64,000 bases of DNA from positions 12,916 through 76,915 of IMG/VR virus record IMGVR_UViG_3300009408_000002. One strand, 5' to 3'. The position numbers and the translations under genes are program-made. Source of the DNA: a virus. Below, one piece after another: positions 28,995 through 39,105 of the stretch (its first letter is position 1; the number at the start of each line of letters is the position of its first letter). The notes below the pieces were generated by a model. That model saw only the letters and a program-made list of their open reading frames with translations, did no database searches and was not told the origin of the DNA.

Positions 28995-29313
28995 GACCGA
29001 AGACCAGTTGAGAGCGATCCTCAAGGCAGAAGGCTTGACCGACGAAGAGATCGCCAAACTAGGCAATGACGACGAAACATGGGCGAGCCTCAAGGAGCAG
29101 CAGGCCAAGAAGGTGATGAGCATTGAGATTGAGATCCCTGCCGGAACAGACAGGGAGATCTCAGCTCAGGAATTCGAAGACCTCATGCACGATGCAGCAA
29201 GCGCCGTATCGACAAAGATGTGGCTCTCAACAGCCCTGAGCTTTGCGGGAACAGCCCTCAAGGTTGCCATGCAAAAGATGATCCAGTCGCAGACAGGTGG
29301 AATTGTAGGTTGA
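28981..29313 (+). CDS. Hypothetical protein
   Basis: Overlaps lipoprotein gene; SD GGAG. Confidence 0.65.
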   Translation: MPTSKTEDQLRAILKAEGLTDEEIAKLGNDDETWASLKEQQAKKVMSIEIEIPAGTDREISAQEFEDLMHDAASAVSTKMWLSTALSFAGTALKVAMQKMIQSQTGGIVG

Positions 29314-29400
29314 TGTTTCTGTGATGTCATGGTAGAAGCAGACGTGAAGATCAAGCAGCCCAACCGCTAGCTTCCCTAGCACCTCCCTTGCATCAGGCTA

Positions 29401-29441
29401 GACGGCCCGCAGACTCCAGCTCTGCGGGCCGTCCGTCTTTT
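29401..29441 (+). terminator. Intrinsic terminator ending the structural operon
   Basis: 13-bp perfect stem GACGGCCCGCAGA/TCTGCGGGCCGTC followed by T-rich tract. Confidence 0.7.
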
Positions 29442-29443
29442 AC

Positions 29444-29471
29444 TTGACTTTGTTTTTCTTGCATGTATCAT
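29444..29471 (+). promoter_or_regulatory. Sigma70-like promoter for the recombination/replication operon
   Basis: TTGACT-N16-TATCAT upstream of YqaJ. Confidence 0.45.
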
Positions 29472-29541
29472 ACCTAAGCCTTGCCTGGTCTTGATGCGAC
29501 CACGCAAGACAAGCAAGAATGCAATGGGAGCTTTCGCTAAC

Positions 29542-30441
29542 ATGGAACCCGTGACTGATCGGAGCACGGGTCTCGGAGGGACCGATCTCGCCGCCATTCT
29601 CGGCGTCCATCCTTACGTTACGCCCATGGAAGTATGGGCCAGAAAACGTGGACTCATGGACGACATCGAGATGAACGACCCCATGTACTGGGGCCTTCAG
29701 CTTGAGCCCGTCATAGCCGAGGAATATGCTTTCAGGTCTGGAGCGAAGCTCATTGACCTAAAAGATGTGACAGGCGGCTCAACAGCGTTCAGGCACCCGA
29801 AGAATGATTTCATGTTTGGTTCTCCAGATAGGCTGGTGCCGCAAGACAGGAAGGTGCTTGAGGTCAAGACCGCTGGTCAGTTCCAGTCAAAGAACTGGGG
29901 CCATGAACTCGATGGTCCTGACGGAATCCCCGAACATTACGTCTTGCAGGTCAGATGGTATCTTGCGTTCCCCTGGTTTAATGACGGCGCGTCTCTCCCT
30001 TTGTCTGCAGATCTTGCGGTGCTGATTGGTGGGAGGGATTTTCGGTGCTATGAGATTGCAAGAAATGAGCAGATCGAGTCAGAATTGATCGAGACCGCAA
30101 GAGTTTTTTGGAGCAATCATATCGTAACGGGGATCCCCCCCGAAGAATCATCCGATCCATCAGACAGGGACATCCTGTCGAAGCATTACAGTGAAGATGC
30201 AAGCGACATGATTGTCGCCACGCCAGAGATCGAGAAGATCATCGGGAAGCTTGTCTTCTTCAAGTCAATAGGGGATTCTGCCCAGAAGATGATCGATGAG
30301 TGCAAGAACGCAATCTGTGCCTTCATCGGCTGCAGGACCGGTGTTGAGTCCCAGCATGGAACAATCTATTGGAAGGAGCGACCATCTGGAAAGAGGTCGT
30401 TTATCTGTCGATTCATCAAGGAAAGGAAGGATCACGAATGA
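29542..30441 (+). CDS. YqaJ-like viral recombinase exonuclease
   Basis: 'GLGGTDLAAILG...WG..LEPVI...GSPD..LEVKT...QVRWY'. Confidence 0.9.
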   Translation: MEPVTDRSTGLGGTDLAAILGVHPYVTPMEVWARKRGLMDDIEMNDPMYWGLQLEPVIAEEYAFRSGAKLIDLKDVTGGSTAFRHPKNDFMFGSPDRLVPQDRKVLEVKTAGQFQSKNWGHELDGPDGIPEHYVLQVRWYLAFPWFNDGASLPLSADLAVLIGGRDFRCYEIARNEQIESELIETARVFWSNHIVTGIPPEESSDPSDRDILSKHYSEDASDMIVATPEIEKIIGKLVFFKSIGDSAQKMIDECKNAICAFIGCRTGVESQHGTIYWKERPSGKRSFICRFIKERKDHE

Positions 30442-31694
30442 GTACAGCAGCGCCAGCACAGACAGCGGTCACGCCGTACCAGAAGCGAGTCACAACGCTG
30501 AGAGGGGTTCTGGAGAGCAGTCAGCAGGCCATGGCTGCAATTGCGCCAACAGGATGGGATGTAGTGCGCGCCGCACGCATTGCGCTCTCTGAAGTGAAGA
30601 AGAACCCCAAGCTCCTGGAATGCGACCCCTATTCGATTGTCAAGTCGGTCAGCCTAGCCAATCAGCTTGGCCTGGAGGTCGGGAATGGGCTGGGTCAATT
30701 CCATCTTGTTCCGTTCAGGGATAAGCGGCGCGGCATGATCTGCCAGCACATCATTGGATACAAGGGGCTGATTGAGCTTGCGCTTAGGCACGACCTTGTA
30801 TCCGGGATGGACTTTGGTGCAATCTACTCTCACGATCACTTCATGCACAGGGCAGGAACCGATCCGGTCCTGGAACACACCCGCTGGCTCCCCATGGGCC
30901 AGACCAAGCACGAAGACCGTGGAGGCTTCGTCGGGGTGTATGCACTTGCCCACATGAAGGATGGACCAATCATCTTCGATATCATGGATCTCGGAGAGGT
31001 GAATTCCATCAGGAAGCGTTCGAGGGCGCGTGACGATGGCCCATGGAAAACAGATTACGAGGCCATGGCAATCAAGACGGTCGTGCGCCGGATGTGCAAC
31101 CGCAAACTGCCCAAGTCTACCGGCCTCTCAATTGCGTTGTCGTCAGAGGTTGTTGATGATGCAGCTATCGAAGTCATTGACAGGTCAGCGATTCTTGCTG
31201 ACGATTTTGCTATTCCTGATGATAGCGATCGGCCCGCTGAGATCGTCAAGATCGATAAGCCAAAAACAGTTTCCGTCGATTCGCCAGTCGGATTCGGAAA
31301 ACATGCCGACAAAACCTGGCTCGAAGTCGCCAGGATCGACAGGGAGTGGCTCAAGCGGTATGTCATCGATTCAGACAAGAGGACGGAGCCCGAGAAGAAG
31401 GCCGCCAGGATCGCCATTCAGGCTGCAGAGGTGGCCCCAAAGAAGCAGCAGCCATCCGCAACCATCGACGATGAATCCGAGCGCCAGGGACTGCTTGACT
31501 CGATCAATGAAATGCAGGCGATGGTCGGAATTGGCGACGATGCCCTGAGGCAAATCGCAGAGAGCCAGATCGGTGACGATGTTCTCCAATCGGCGAAGCA
31601 TCTCACGGACGACCTGTTCTGGGCGGAAGCATCAATCGATTCGCTGAAGGCGACACTCATTAATCTCAGGGAGGAGATGGACAGGCAAGCGTAG
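30438..31694 (+). CDS. recT: RecT-like single-strand annealing protein with C-terminal extension
   Basis: 'LGLE...LVPF...IGYKG...PWKTDYEAMAIKTVVRR'; C-terminal 'FGKH' module. Confidence 0.9.
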   Translation: MSTAAPAQTAVTPYQKRVTTLRGVLESSQQAMAAIAPTGWDVVRAARIALSEVKKNPKLLECDPYSIVKSVSLANQLGLEVGNGLGQFHLVPFRDKRRGMICQHIIGYKGLIELALRHDLVSGMDFGAIYSHDHFMHRAGTDPVLEHTRWLPMGQTKHEDRGGFVGVYALAHMKDGPIIFDIMDLGEVNSIRKRSRARDDGPWKTDYEAMAIKTVVRRMCNRKLPKSTGLSIALSSEVVDDAAIEVIDRSAILADDFAIPDDSDRPAEIVKIDKPKTVSVDSPVGFGKHADKTWLEVARIDREWLKRYVIDSDKRTEPEKKAARIAIQAAEVAPKKQQPSATIDDESERQGLLDSINEMQAMVGIGDDALRQIAESQIGDDVLQSAKHLTDDLFWAEASIDSLKATLINLREEMDRQA

Positions 31695-31733
31695 GCTGAC
31701 CCCGACCTCGGACAACACCTAGCTGGAGGTCGA

Positions 31734-34196
31734 ATGCTGACGCCCGACCACGTACTACCACTTCTCAAGGGCGTCGTGAAATCGGGAGAGGGCTGGAAGG
31801 CCCTCTGCCCGTTTCACGACGATGATAAGCCGTCGCTATCAATCAAGGAGGGCAGTGACGGCAGGGTTCTTCTTCACTGCTTCACTGGCTGTTCGTTCAC
31901 CCAGATTCTTAGCGCACTTGGCCTGAAGCTACCCAAGCAGGGGTCAGGCGGATTTCTTGCAACCTATGATTATGTAGACCAAGACGGAAAGCTTCTGTTC
32001 CAGGTCTGCAGGACCGTAGACAAGAAATTCTTTCAGCGCAGGAAAGATGAATACGGCGACATTATCTGGGGATTGGCAGCCGGCTTCTACCAGAAAAACA
32101 AGAGTGGCAACTGGGTTCGGATTTCCCCAAAAGAAGCCAAGGACAATCCTGCCGCCAAGGAGTTTCCTGAATGCGAAAAGCATCTCTATCGGCTCCCCGA
32201 CATTCTTCATGGCATAGCAGACCAGCAGACCGTCTTCCTGGTTGAAGGCGAAAAGGATGCTGATCGGCTGGCGTCTGCCGGCCTGATCGCAACATGCAAC
32301 CCTGGCGGCGCAACTGGCGGCAAGCCGGGCGAGAAATGGATTAGCAAATACACCAACGTCCTTGTGAAGGCCAAGGAAGTTATTGTCATCCCAGACAATG
32401 ATGATGTGGGCAAGGAGTTCGCCCTTAGGGTGTCTAGGATAATCTGCAAGGCGGGCGGCAACTCCAAGATCCTCTCTCTCCCGTCTCTTCCGCCGAAAGG
32501 TGACGTGTCCGATTGGCTGAAATCACCAGACAACTCTGTGACAGATCTGACAGAGCTTGCTGCATTCGCCTCAAAGCCTCCGCTGCCCAAGGTGAACTCC
32601 GCATCCGACATCCCCTTGCTGATGACAGAAATGATCGAGAAGGGAGACTGGCTTCTAGCAATGGAGCTTTGCTTCTCGACAGAGGCGATGGACGCGCTGG
32701 CATCTATCGAGATCCCCGAGCTTGCAGTTCTCCGGTCACAGATCAAGCAGCTTCTCCCAAAGAAGATCAACCTCAAGGATCTCAACGCGGCAATTTCTGT
32801 CGCTCGCAAGCGGATCAAGAAGAAGTCAGTTCAGGCAGACCTCGCCAGTGATCCGATCGGTGCATTCTTTGAAGCGACCGATAGCGGGGCGCAGCGGTTC
32901 GTTCCATCGAAACTGGGCAGATGGATTGCCCAATCGGGAGACTACCTGTTCGTTGCGGGCAAACTAAAGGTCTACAAGGATGGATACTATCAGGATGACG
33001 CAGGTCGCGTAGAGAAGCTGATCGTCGAGGCGCTTGGCGAGTCATGGGACATGTATCACTGTCGGCAAGTCATCACTTGGATGAAGCAGCAGTTCTTTAT
33101 TGACGCAAAATCTCTCCCTGTCAATCACGGGCTCCTCTGCCTCAAAAACGGCGTTTATGACATCAAGACGTCGAAGCTATACAAGCACAACAAGAAGTAT
33201 CGATTCTTGGTGCAGCACCCAATCAAATATGACCCCGATGCGAAGAGCGACTCTCTCGACAAGTTCGTGAACGATGTCTTCGAGTCGTCATGCATTCCTG
33301 TCATCTGGGAGTTCGCGGGCTATTGCCTCCTGCCTCAATCTGTCGAGATGAAGAAATTGATCATCCTGACGGGGCGGCGGAATAACGGAAAGTCAACGTG
33401 GCTGTCCTTCCTGGAAAAGTGTCTCGGCGAGGAGAACTGCTCACACGAATCCCTGCAGTCACTCGCCGAGGACAAATATTCTGTGGCCGAGCTATTCGGG
33501 AAGGTCGCCAATATCGTCAGCGATCTTGATGCCAGCTTGGTCCGCAGGACAGATGTGATCAAGCAGTTGACCGGCGGTGATACAGTACGTGGAGAGCGGA
33601 AGTATCAGGACCCGTTCTATTTCCAGAATCGCGCTCGAATGATCTTCAGCGCCAATGAGCTGCCGTCTATCTCGGACTACAACGAGGCATTCTTTGATCG
33701 CCTTCTGATCGTTCACTGTCCTAACATCTTTGAGCTAGGGAAGAACGCTGATCCGTCCCTGGCTGCAAAGCTCAACACCGAGCAGTGCAAGAGCGCATGG
33801 CTCAATGGGGCGCTCCAGGGGGCCGTCAGGCTGCTTCAGAATCGATGCTTCTCGCAGAGCCCGGACATCGAGGCGATGATCGGTGCCTACATGAGGGAAT
33901 GCGATTCCGTGACTGAGTTTATTCACGAATGCTGCATCCGTGAAGCAGAAGGCTTCACTCCCAAACGCGAGTTGTACAAGGCTTATACAGATTGGTGTCG
34001 CCCTAACAACAGACCGGCTGTCAGTTCGATACGATTCAGCAAGCGTGTTCAACAGCGACCCAACAACCTAACGACTACCCGCAGGTTCGTAGCGGCTGAC
34101 TCCAAACAAGTCTGGTCGTGGCTCGGAGTCAGGCTGTCGGGTAACATCACCCTTATTCGTCAAGAAGCACAAGAGCACTGGTATGACAAAATCTGA
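31734..34196 (+). CDS. Primase-helicase (CHC2 Zn finger, TOPRIM, D5/P4-type SF3 helicase)
   Basis: CPFHDD..C; VEGEKD; PDND; GDVSDW; Walker A 'GRRNNGKS'; 'LTGGD', 'FSANELP'. Confidence 0.93.
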   Translation: MLTPDHVLPLLKGVVKSGEGWKALCPFHDDDKPSLSIKEGSDGRVLLHCFTGCSFTQILSALGLKLPKQGSGGFLATYDYVDQDGKLLFQVCRTVDKKFFQRRKDEYGDIIWGLAAGFYQKNKSGNWVRISPKEAKDNPAAKEFPECEKHLYRLPDILHGIADQQTVFLVEGEKDADRLASAGLIATCNPGGATGGKPGEKWISKYTNVLVKAKEVIVIPDNDDVGKEFALRVSRIICKAGGNSKILSLPSLPPKGDVSDWLKSPDNSVTDLTELAAFASKPPLPKVNSASDIPLLMTEMIEKGDWLLAMELCFSTEAMDALASIEIPELAVLRSQIKQLLPKKINLKDLNAAISVARKRIKKKSVQADLASDPIGAFFEATDSGAQRFVPSKLGRWIAQSGDYLFVAGKLKVYKDGYYQDDAGRVEKLIVEALGESWDMYHCRQVITWMKQQFFIDAKSLPVNHGLLCLKNGVYDIKTSKLYKHNKKYRFLVQHPIKYDPDAKSDSLDKFVNDVFESSCIPVIWEFAGYCLLPQSVEMKKLIILTGRRNNGKSTWLSFLEKCLGEENCSHESLQSLAEDKYSVAELFGKVANIVSDLDASLVRRTDVIKQLTGGDTVRGERKYQDPFYFQNRARMIFSANELPSISDYNEAFFDRLLIVHCPNIFELGKNADPSLAAKLNTEQCKSAWLNGALQGAVRLLQNRCFSQSPDIEAMIGAYMRECDSVTEFIHECCIREAEGFTPKRELYKAYTDWCRPNNRPAVSSIRFSKRVQQRPNNLTTTRRFVAADSKQVWSWLGVRLSGNITLIRQEAQEHWYDKI

Positions 34197-34251
34197 CATC
34201 TTCTCAAGATCGCATGGCTCGACATGGGAGAAGCCCATCTTGTCTCATCGA

Positions 34252-34570
34252 CTATCCATGGATATCCAGGAAGAATCCAAGGTTTGCCTCGCAAAGTCAA
34301 AATGCAAGTGCTGCACGGGCGGCAGGTTGCGACCCGGAATCCAGAGAATCCAAACTATCCAGGGATACTCTTTAACTAGTATCTGTGTCAAACGAAAACG
34401 CCTCACAGAAAATGAATTCATCATCTCTTCTTTTTGTCGCGCACGCTTTAAGATGGTTAACCTGGATAGTTTGGATTCTCTGGATAGCAAACAGAACGGC
34501 GCCTCTACTATCAAAATTATGCACTTCCACTATCCAGGGTCTGGATATAAGGGGTCAAAAGTCTGGATAG
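34252..34570. repeat. Origin-like region: 25-bp perfect inverted repeat plus WATCCA iterons
   Basis: ATCCAGAGAATCCAAACTATCCAGG at 34339-34363 and its reverse complement at 34461-34485; further (A/T)ATCCA copies in both orientations; AT-rich. Confidence 0.7.
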
Positions 34571-34776
34571 TAAGGGCCAGATTTATAGATTGTAATCAAG
34601 ATGTAAGTAGTTTGTGGATTTCTTGTTATGCTTTGCACCAGCAATAACCGGCAGTTTTCTCTGACGCAGTGCATTACTAGACAATTATTCTAGATATCCC
34701 AGGGTCAGATAAGGCGGGTCACTTACAAAGTGACCCTTATTCAGGTACATGTAAGGATCGAACGGCAGGAACAGGA

Positions 34777-35292
34777 GTGGACATCAGAGCAGTGGCAATG
34801 ACCAGCACAGACATGCAGCCAGAATCAACAGTAGCCCGCCTCACTTCGCCGCTGCTGCGTCCAGATACCAAAGTAGTGCCAGGACATCAAGAGACACCAG
34901 AAAGGCAACACGGGCAATATTCTCAACAGATTTCAAGCAGACCTGAAACAATGAATTCATGCGATTACAAATATTACAGAACAGACAAAGCCTCCATTTA
35001 CTTCGGAATGGGACCAATCGCGATCGAAATGAGAACTGGCTTCGCCTGCCAGCTCACCGAAGACCGAACGATGTACATCCTCTGGCTCGGAGTGGCACCG
35101 CACGAGCGGCGAAGGGGGATCGGGACCTCGATCGTCAACCAGATAATCGCAATGGCGCTGATGCTCGGAGCAGAGCGCCTAGTCACAACACCATCGGGCG
35201 AAGGAATTCACTTCTGGCCGAAGATGGGTTTTGTCGAGACAAAGCCAGACGCCATCGATTCGGAGTTCCCACTCAAGGGGTTGATCCAGTGA
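34777..35292 (+). CDS. GNAT-family acetyltransferase
   Basis: 'LGVAPHERRRGIGT' (R-x-x-G-x-G) and 'FWPKMGF'; true start may be downstream. Confidence 0.75.
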   Translation: MDIRAVAMTSTDMQPESTVARLTSPLLRPDTKVVPGHQETPERQHGQYSQQISSRPETMNSCDYKYYRTDKASIYFGMGPIAIEMRTGFACQLTEDRTMYILWLGVAPHERRRGIGTSIVNQIIAMALMLGAERLVTTPSGEGIHFWPKMGFVETKPDAIDSEFPLKGLIQ

Positions 35293-35579
35293 CAGATCTG
35301 TTTGAGCACTTCGCACCAGAACAGCCTGCTGTCGCAGAGCAGGAGCCGTTGCAGGAAAATATGCTGCCACGACTGGCAGGCGACTGGGACGAACCATTCA
35401 AATGCGTGCTGCAGTCATACGAAAATCGTGGCTTGTCTAGCGATTTGGCAGAGCGCCTAGTCAGGACCGAATGGGAACGATACTGCAGAGACGGACACCC
35501 CGAATACAGACTAGAGATTTATCGAAGAACTAAATCGGAAAGCGAGAAGCCATGCTCGGGCACTCGACGCCATGGCTGA
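35289..35579 (+). CDS. Hypothetical protein
   Basis: GTGA overlap with GNAT stop. Confidence 0.5.
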   Translation: MTDLFEHFAPEQPAVAEQEPLQENMLPRLAGDWDEPFKCVLQSYENRGLSSDLAERLVRTEWERYCRDGHPEYRLEIYRRTKSESEKPCSGTRRHG

Positions 35580-35611
35580 ACTCAAGACGATAGCCGAGGA
35601 GGGCATGAGTC

Positions 35612-35893
35612 ATGAAGAAACGAGGCAAGCAAGCGCAGAAGAACCCCGCCAAGAATCCGCCTCATAAGCGGGCGTGGCGCGGCTTCTTCATGGTCGCAAC
35701 GGCAGAGATCTCTGACGGTGAGGTCAAGAGCCTGAACGTAATCTCACCGCACCTCAGATCACACAAGCACGCAAGGGACTGGCTGGAGGAGAATTTCCTG
35801 GAACATGGAAATGTAGGAAAAGAATTTGCTATCATTCGGTGGGCAGAAGCCGTTTCCATAAAGATGACTCCGATGGTAGAGTATCGGTCATGA
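35612..35893 (+). CDS. Hypothetical protein
   Basis: SD GAGGAGG; ORF. Confidence 0.6.
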   Translation: MKKRGKQAQKNPAKNPPHKRAWRGFFMVATAEISDGEVKSLNVISPHLRSHKHARDWLEENFLEHGNVGKEFAIIRWAEAVSIKMTPMVEYRS

Positions 35894-36306
35894 ATCAATC
35901 ACCGGCTGAAGCAGTCCCAGAACAGATTGACCACATAATCGAATCGATCGGCGAGATTCGAGCGCTACTTGCATGCTCGATCTGCGATCAAGTTATTCTG
36001 GAAGCAGACCTGGATCCGAGGGACGGCTACACGATAAAGCGAATGTGGCTCGGTGATTGTGATGGGTCCAAAACTATCGGCGTGACGTATGTGGTCCAGC
36101 ATCACCTGACGGACAAGGACAAGGAGATATTCCGTCCACTCGTGAGGGCTCCAATACAGGTAATCCTCAGATGCATTACGTCATGTTTCCTTAGTAAGCT
36201 AATCGACCTCATTCTCGATCGAGAAGAATCAATTCGGAAGGCAGCATCCAAGGCCAGCGGGATGCTCGACCACTTAATCTATAGGGCTGGTACAGCGGGA
36301 GAATAA
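35890..36306 (+). CDS. Hypothetical protein
   Basis: ATGA overlap. Confidence 0.55.
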   Translation: MNQSPAEAVPEQIDHIIESIGEIRALLACSICDQVILEADLDPRDGYTIKRMWLGDCDGSKTIGVTYVVQHHLTDKDKEIFRPLVRAPIQVILRCITSCFLSKLIDLILDREESIRKAASKASGMLDHLIYRAGTAGE

Positions 36307-36307
36307 G

Positions 36308-36724
36308 ATGGAGAGCAGAGGATCGAAGACGAAAGGGCGGAAAGAGAAGGCGCAGGCTAGAGGTCGCAGGGATCCTCGGCATCTCCGACTGAGATGCTAT
36401 TCCTGCGATCGCACTCACGTAGAGACGCCCATGACGCGGGTTGACTTTGCAATGGGTCGCTTGCGGAAATACGTGTATGTCTGCATGGAGTGCAGGTTCG
36501 GAAAGAAAATGCTGGAACATCCGGTAGTAGCCAACGTGATGCAGTCGATCCAAGACCAGCACGCCGCCGCTGCAGAGCGCAGACGGATCCAGCACGAGAA
36601 GCTTCACGGGCTCAAGCAGGAACCCCAACAGGAGCAACAACAGGAGCAACAACAGCAGAACGCTGACGAGAAGCCAAAAATGAAAGGTCGCCAAGAAGAG
36701 GTTGTTGCTCCCTCAAAGAACTAA
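36308..36724 (+). CDS. Zn-ribbon protein with Gln-rich tract
   Basis: CxxC...CxxC; QEPQQEQQQEQQQQ. Confidence 0.55.
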   Translation: MESRGSKTKGRKEKAQARGRRDPRHLRLRCYSCDRTHVETPMTRVDFAMGRLRKYVYVCMECRFGKKMLEHPVVANVMQSIQDQHAAAAERRRIQHEKLHGLKQEPQQEQQQEQQQQNADEKPKMKGRQEEVVAPSKN

Positions 36725-36751
36725 TCCCCGCGAGACGAGGAGGGTCTACGC

Positions 36752-38014
36752 ATGAAGCATTCCATCCTATGGTTCGGGGATTCTCCGACCGGTCCAACCG
36801 GATTCGGAAACGTCAGCAGGGGCCTGCTGACAAATATGTCACACGCCTTCGACTTCGTGGTGTGGGGCATCAACGAAAACGGCGAGCCACACGACTTCCC
36901 ATTCAAGATCATCCCTGCATTCAACAGGCTTTCGGGGGGCGACATCCTGGGGCGACTGGCCTTCCTCCTGTTCCTGAGAAAGAATCCCAGAAGGTTCTCT
37001 GCAGTGTTCATGCTGCAGGACAGCTTCGTTCTGTCGCGAGAGATGGCTGAGGCAGGAGGAAGGCCCTTCATCGAGGCGGTCCATGCCGAGTGCCAAAACC
37101 AGAACATCCCGCTGATCGTATACTTCCCGATCGATGCAGCGCCCCTCACAGAATGGGTTGAACCACTATCCGAGGTTGATTGCGCTGTCACCTACACCCC
37201 TTGGGGTCAGCAAGCATGCCTGAAGGCAACCCATGGAGATTTCGAGCCACATGTGATCCCTCACGGTGTTGCAACTCAAGATTTCTATCCGCTCGATGTT
37301 CAGCAGCGGCATGCGGCCAGGGCTCGGCTCACCGAAAAGTACGACCTGGCACCAGACACGTTTGTCACGCTTTATGTGGGGACGAATCAGCGCAGGAAGA
37401 TTATCGACTGGCTGATGATCACTTGGCGCGAGCTGCTCAAGCACAGGCCGAATTCATTTCTGGTCATGCACACCACGTTGCAGTCTCCCAACTGCGGCTG
37501 GAACATGCATCAGATGACTCGGCAGCTTGGGCTTGAACGAGGTCGCCACTGGGGCACGACTTTGGAGTCGAGATTCATGGAGACGTTCGAGATGAACGAA
37601 CTCTACAGCTCGGCTGACTGCTTAATCCTGCCATCTGCAGAAGGGTGGGGACTGCCGGCCACAGAGGCAATGGCTTGCAAGCTGCCTGTCATCTTGGGCG
37701 ACCATGCCGCACTGTCACACATCGGCGGTGCATCAAGCCGCGCCCTCATGATTGAGTGCCCAGAAGACCCTAACTTCATACGGATCTTTGCGTGCGACAA
37801 TGATGTCATCCGTCGAATGCCGTGCGTCCATTCGGGCGTCAAGAATCTTGTGCGGATGAGCGACGAGGGATATCCAGATGAGCTTGATCGGATCGACAAA
37901 GCGTTTCGCTGGGCAACCAACCTAGACTGGTCACTGATAGCAGAGCAGTGGATCGCACTGATCGATGGTCAGATTAGGGCCAAACTAGCAAACCCGATTT
38001 CAATCTACCACTGA
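36752..38014 (+). CDS. GT-B (GT4-like) glycosyltransferase
   Basis: 'GDSP..PTGFG', 'VIPHGV', 'NQRRK', 'EGWGLPATEAMAC'. Confidence 0.9.
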   Translation: MKHSILWFGDSPTGPTGFGNVSRGLLTNMSHAFDFVVWGINENGEPHDFPFKIIPAFNRLSGGDILGRLAFLLFLRKNPRRFSAVFMLQDSFVLSREMAEAGGRPFIEAVHAECQNQNIPLIVYFPIDAAPLTEWVEPLSEVDCAVTYTPWGQQACLKATHGDFEPHVIPHGVATQDFYPLDVQQRHAARARLTEKYDLAPDTFVTLYVGTNQRRKIIDWLMITWRELLKHRPNSFLVMHTTLQSPNCGWNMHQMTRQLGLERGRHWGTTLESRFMETFEMNELYSSADCLILPSAEGWGLPATEAMACKLPVILGDHAALSHIGGASSRALMIECPEDPNFIRIFACDNDVIRRMPCVHSGVKNLVRMSDEGYPDELDRIDKAFRWATNLDWSLIAEQWIALIDGQIRAKLANPISIYH

Positions 38015-38026
38015 CGGAGATTTCAA

Positions 38027-38344
38027 GTGCCACTCAAGCAGACGCAGTTCTCTTCTCTCGACACAAGCTCTGGCGTGGATCTTACACCCCTGCCGGATGT
38101 TGGGCAGAAGATCGCAATCAGACAGATTGTGATTTCTGTCGGTGCGGCCATGGATGTTACGCTCAGGACCAACGGTGCATCGCCGGTGACGCTGCTGAAG
38201 ATGGGCATGACACCAGGCTCCCCTGTCGAGATGAGATTTCCCGACTGGCTCAGATCGACTGTCTCCGACAAGGCAATCCAGGTTCTCGGTAGCATTGCTG
38301 GAGCGGTTGACATTACCGTCTGGAGCAATGATCTGAAGGCATGA
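38027..38344 (+). CDS. Small beta-rich hypothetical protein
   Basis: ORF between glycosyltransferases. Confidence 0.55.
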   Translation: MPLKQTQFSSLDTSSGVDLTPLPDVGQKIAIRQIVISVGAAMDVTLRTNGASPVTLLKMGMTPGSPVEMRFPDWLRSTVSDKAIQVLGSIAGAVDITVWSNDLKA

Positions 38345-39105
38345 TCCATCAACCTGATTTTACGCTCGTCATCCCTACAATTGTCGCGAAGAACCTCGTG
38401 TTCGACTGCCTCAATTCGATAAGGACAAGGCACCGCTATCGATTGATCGTCAATGCTTCCCGATCAGATTGCCTAGCCAGCAAGTGGAACCAAGGAATCA
38501 ACATCGGAATCAAGCAGTGTAACCGGCCAGCCCTCTTCGCCAATGACGACATACTCTTTTGGCCCAAATGCCTGGACGAGATCATTGTCGCGTGCCACCA
38601 GAACCCAGGATCAATCATAACTGCCAGGCAGTCTTCAACCCCGCCAGCGATCAATGCAAAGCCAGAACCGGCGATCAACTCGGACGGGAACCCCATCGAA
38701 GGTGGTTTTTGCCTGTTCGCAATCGAGCCTGCTGGGCACAAGAAGCTAGTCCAATATGAACAGCAAGATCTACGTCGATACATCGGCCACAAGCCAGGGA
38801 TGTTCGATGAAAACTTTGTCCCGGCCTATTTCGAGGACGGTGACTTCTACAGGAGGTTCATCCACTGCGCAGGGATGTCAGAGGTCCTGGCCGAGTCGGC
38901 ATGGTACTACCACCAAGAGCTAACTGACCAGCACGGGAATAAATTGCGAGGATCCTGCTCTGTCAGATCTGACAGTGAAAGACGGGCAACGGCGAACGAG
39001 TCTTTCGAGAGAAACAAGGCGCGTTACGTCGCAAAATGGGGCAGTGATTCGCAGGGACGAGAAGTGTACGAGCTACCATTCAATGGGGACGTATCATGCG
39101 GCTAG
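38341..39105 (+). CDS. GT-A (GT2-like) glycosyltransferase
   Basis: 'LVIPT', 'WNQG', 'ANDDI', 'FDENFVPAYFEDGDF'. Confidence 0.85.
   Translation: MIHQPDFTLVIPTIVAKNLVFDCLNSIRTRHRYRLIVNASRSDCLASKWNQGINIGIKQCNRPALFANDDILFWPKCLDEIIVACHQNPGSIITARQSSTPPAINAKPEPAINSDGNPIEGGFCLFAIEPAGHKKLVQYEQQDLRRYIGHKPGMFDENFVPAYFEDGDFYRRFIHCAGMSEVLAESAWYYHQELTDQHGNKLRGSCSVRSDSERRATANESFERNKARYVAKWGSDSQGREVYELPFNGDVSCG

Noticed and set aside
34183-34647. 154-aa ORF after the primase
   Set aside because: Its repeated peptides (IQRIQTIQ, LDSLDSLDS) are just translations of the origin-like repeats; probably non-coding
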